This document shows positions 63,494 to 64,000 of a stretch of 64,000 nucleotides of DNA, piece by piece (within the stretch, counting starts at the first letter, position 1; each line of letters opens with the position of its first letter). The notes beneath the pieces were generated by a model. The model was given only the letters and a program-made list of their open reading frames with translations, was not told the origin of the DNA and searched no databases. Both the position numbers and the translations under genes were made by a program. Origin of the DNA: Octopus sinensis (Eukaryota); contig NC_043004.1 of assembly GCF_006345805.1 (NCBI RefSeq), forward strand, positions 4,278,001 through 4,342,000, written 5' to 3'.

Positions 63494-64000
63494 CTGAAAA
63501 TAGAAAATAAATGTTTTAAATGTTGCCAGTAAGCAAGCGGTATCTATCTATTTCAAAGGGCAATTCAGAAGTTGTTATAGCTGATCAAATCAAGTGTTAT
63601 TCACATTACAATTTAGCATTCCATCAAACAAAAATTATTCACATTGAAAAAAGAAAAATAAACCTAGAATAAGGGAAAACTGAAACATGTCCAAAAGCTG
63701 TTAATGTGTTGGATTAAGTTTCCCCCACTTCACTGTGTGCTTATTTCCAATTTTGCTCTTGCTTTGATTACTGTTTTCTCCATCACACTAGTGTTTTATT
63801 CACCCAGCAGGTCATGCTTATTTTGAACAAACAGGCAATGCAGAGTAGAGAAGACTCTTTAGTCTTGCAGAAGACAAGTTAAATTCACCAGTGCTGGTGC
63901 TACAAAATGCACTCAACACTCTGTGAATGGTGTCCAGCCATAGAAACCACGTCAAAATGGAATATCCAAGTAAGACATGTTTGCCTGATATGTCTATGAG

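Overview
This is AT-rich, repeat-dense eukaryotic genomic DNA. The SINE and RTE families look like those of a coleoid cephalopod (octopus-like); this is my inference from pattern recognition, not a search. I reconstructed three spliced protein-coding genes by hand from splice sites and translation. (1) Casein kinase II beta (CSNK2B), minus strand, CDS exons 38862-38791, 32951-32849, [30517-30405 OR 28901-28786], 26720-26645, 25538-25349, 23566-23458. (2) POLE3/CHRAC17, plus strand, CDS exons 47170-47235, 52454-52539, 52637-52755, 58037-58221(+). It sits head-to-head with CSNK2B around a shared promoter near 40.4-40.9 kb. (3) The last two exons of an LRSAM1-like RING E3 ligase, minus strand, 63493-63344 and 60642-60517. 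The best-supported surprise is a tandemly duplicated, frame-incompatible third coding exon in CSNK2B. It implies mutually exclusive splicing that swaps the CK2beta acidic loop. The first 20 kb has no recognisable CDS. It holds a 4.6 kb ~22-bp minisatellite bracketed by Helitron-like termini, a perfect heat-shock element plus TATA box (9612-9646, minus strand) pointing into that array, minimal Penelope-type hammerhead ribozyme motifs, two LTR-like elements, a mariner foldback and many SINEs. Almost all ORFs in the supplied track are artefacts of repeats, and several start at non-ATG codons.
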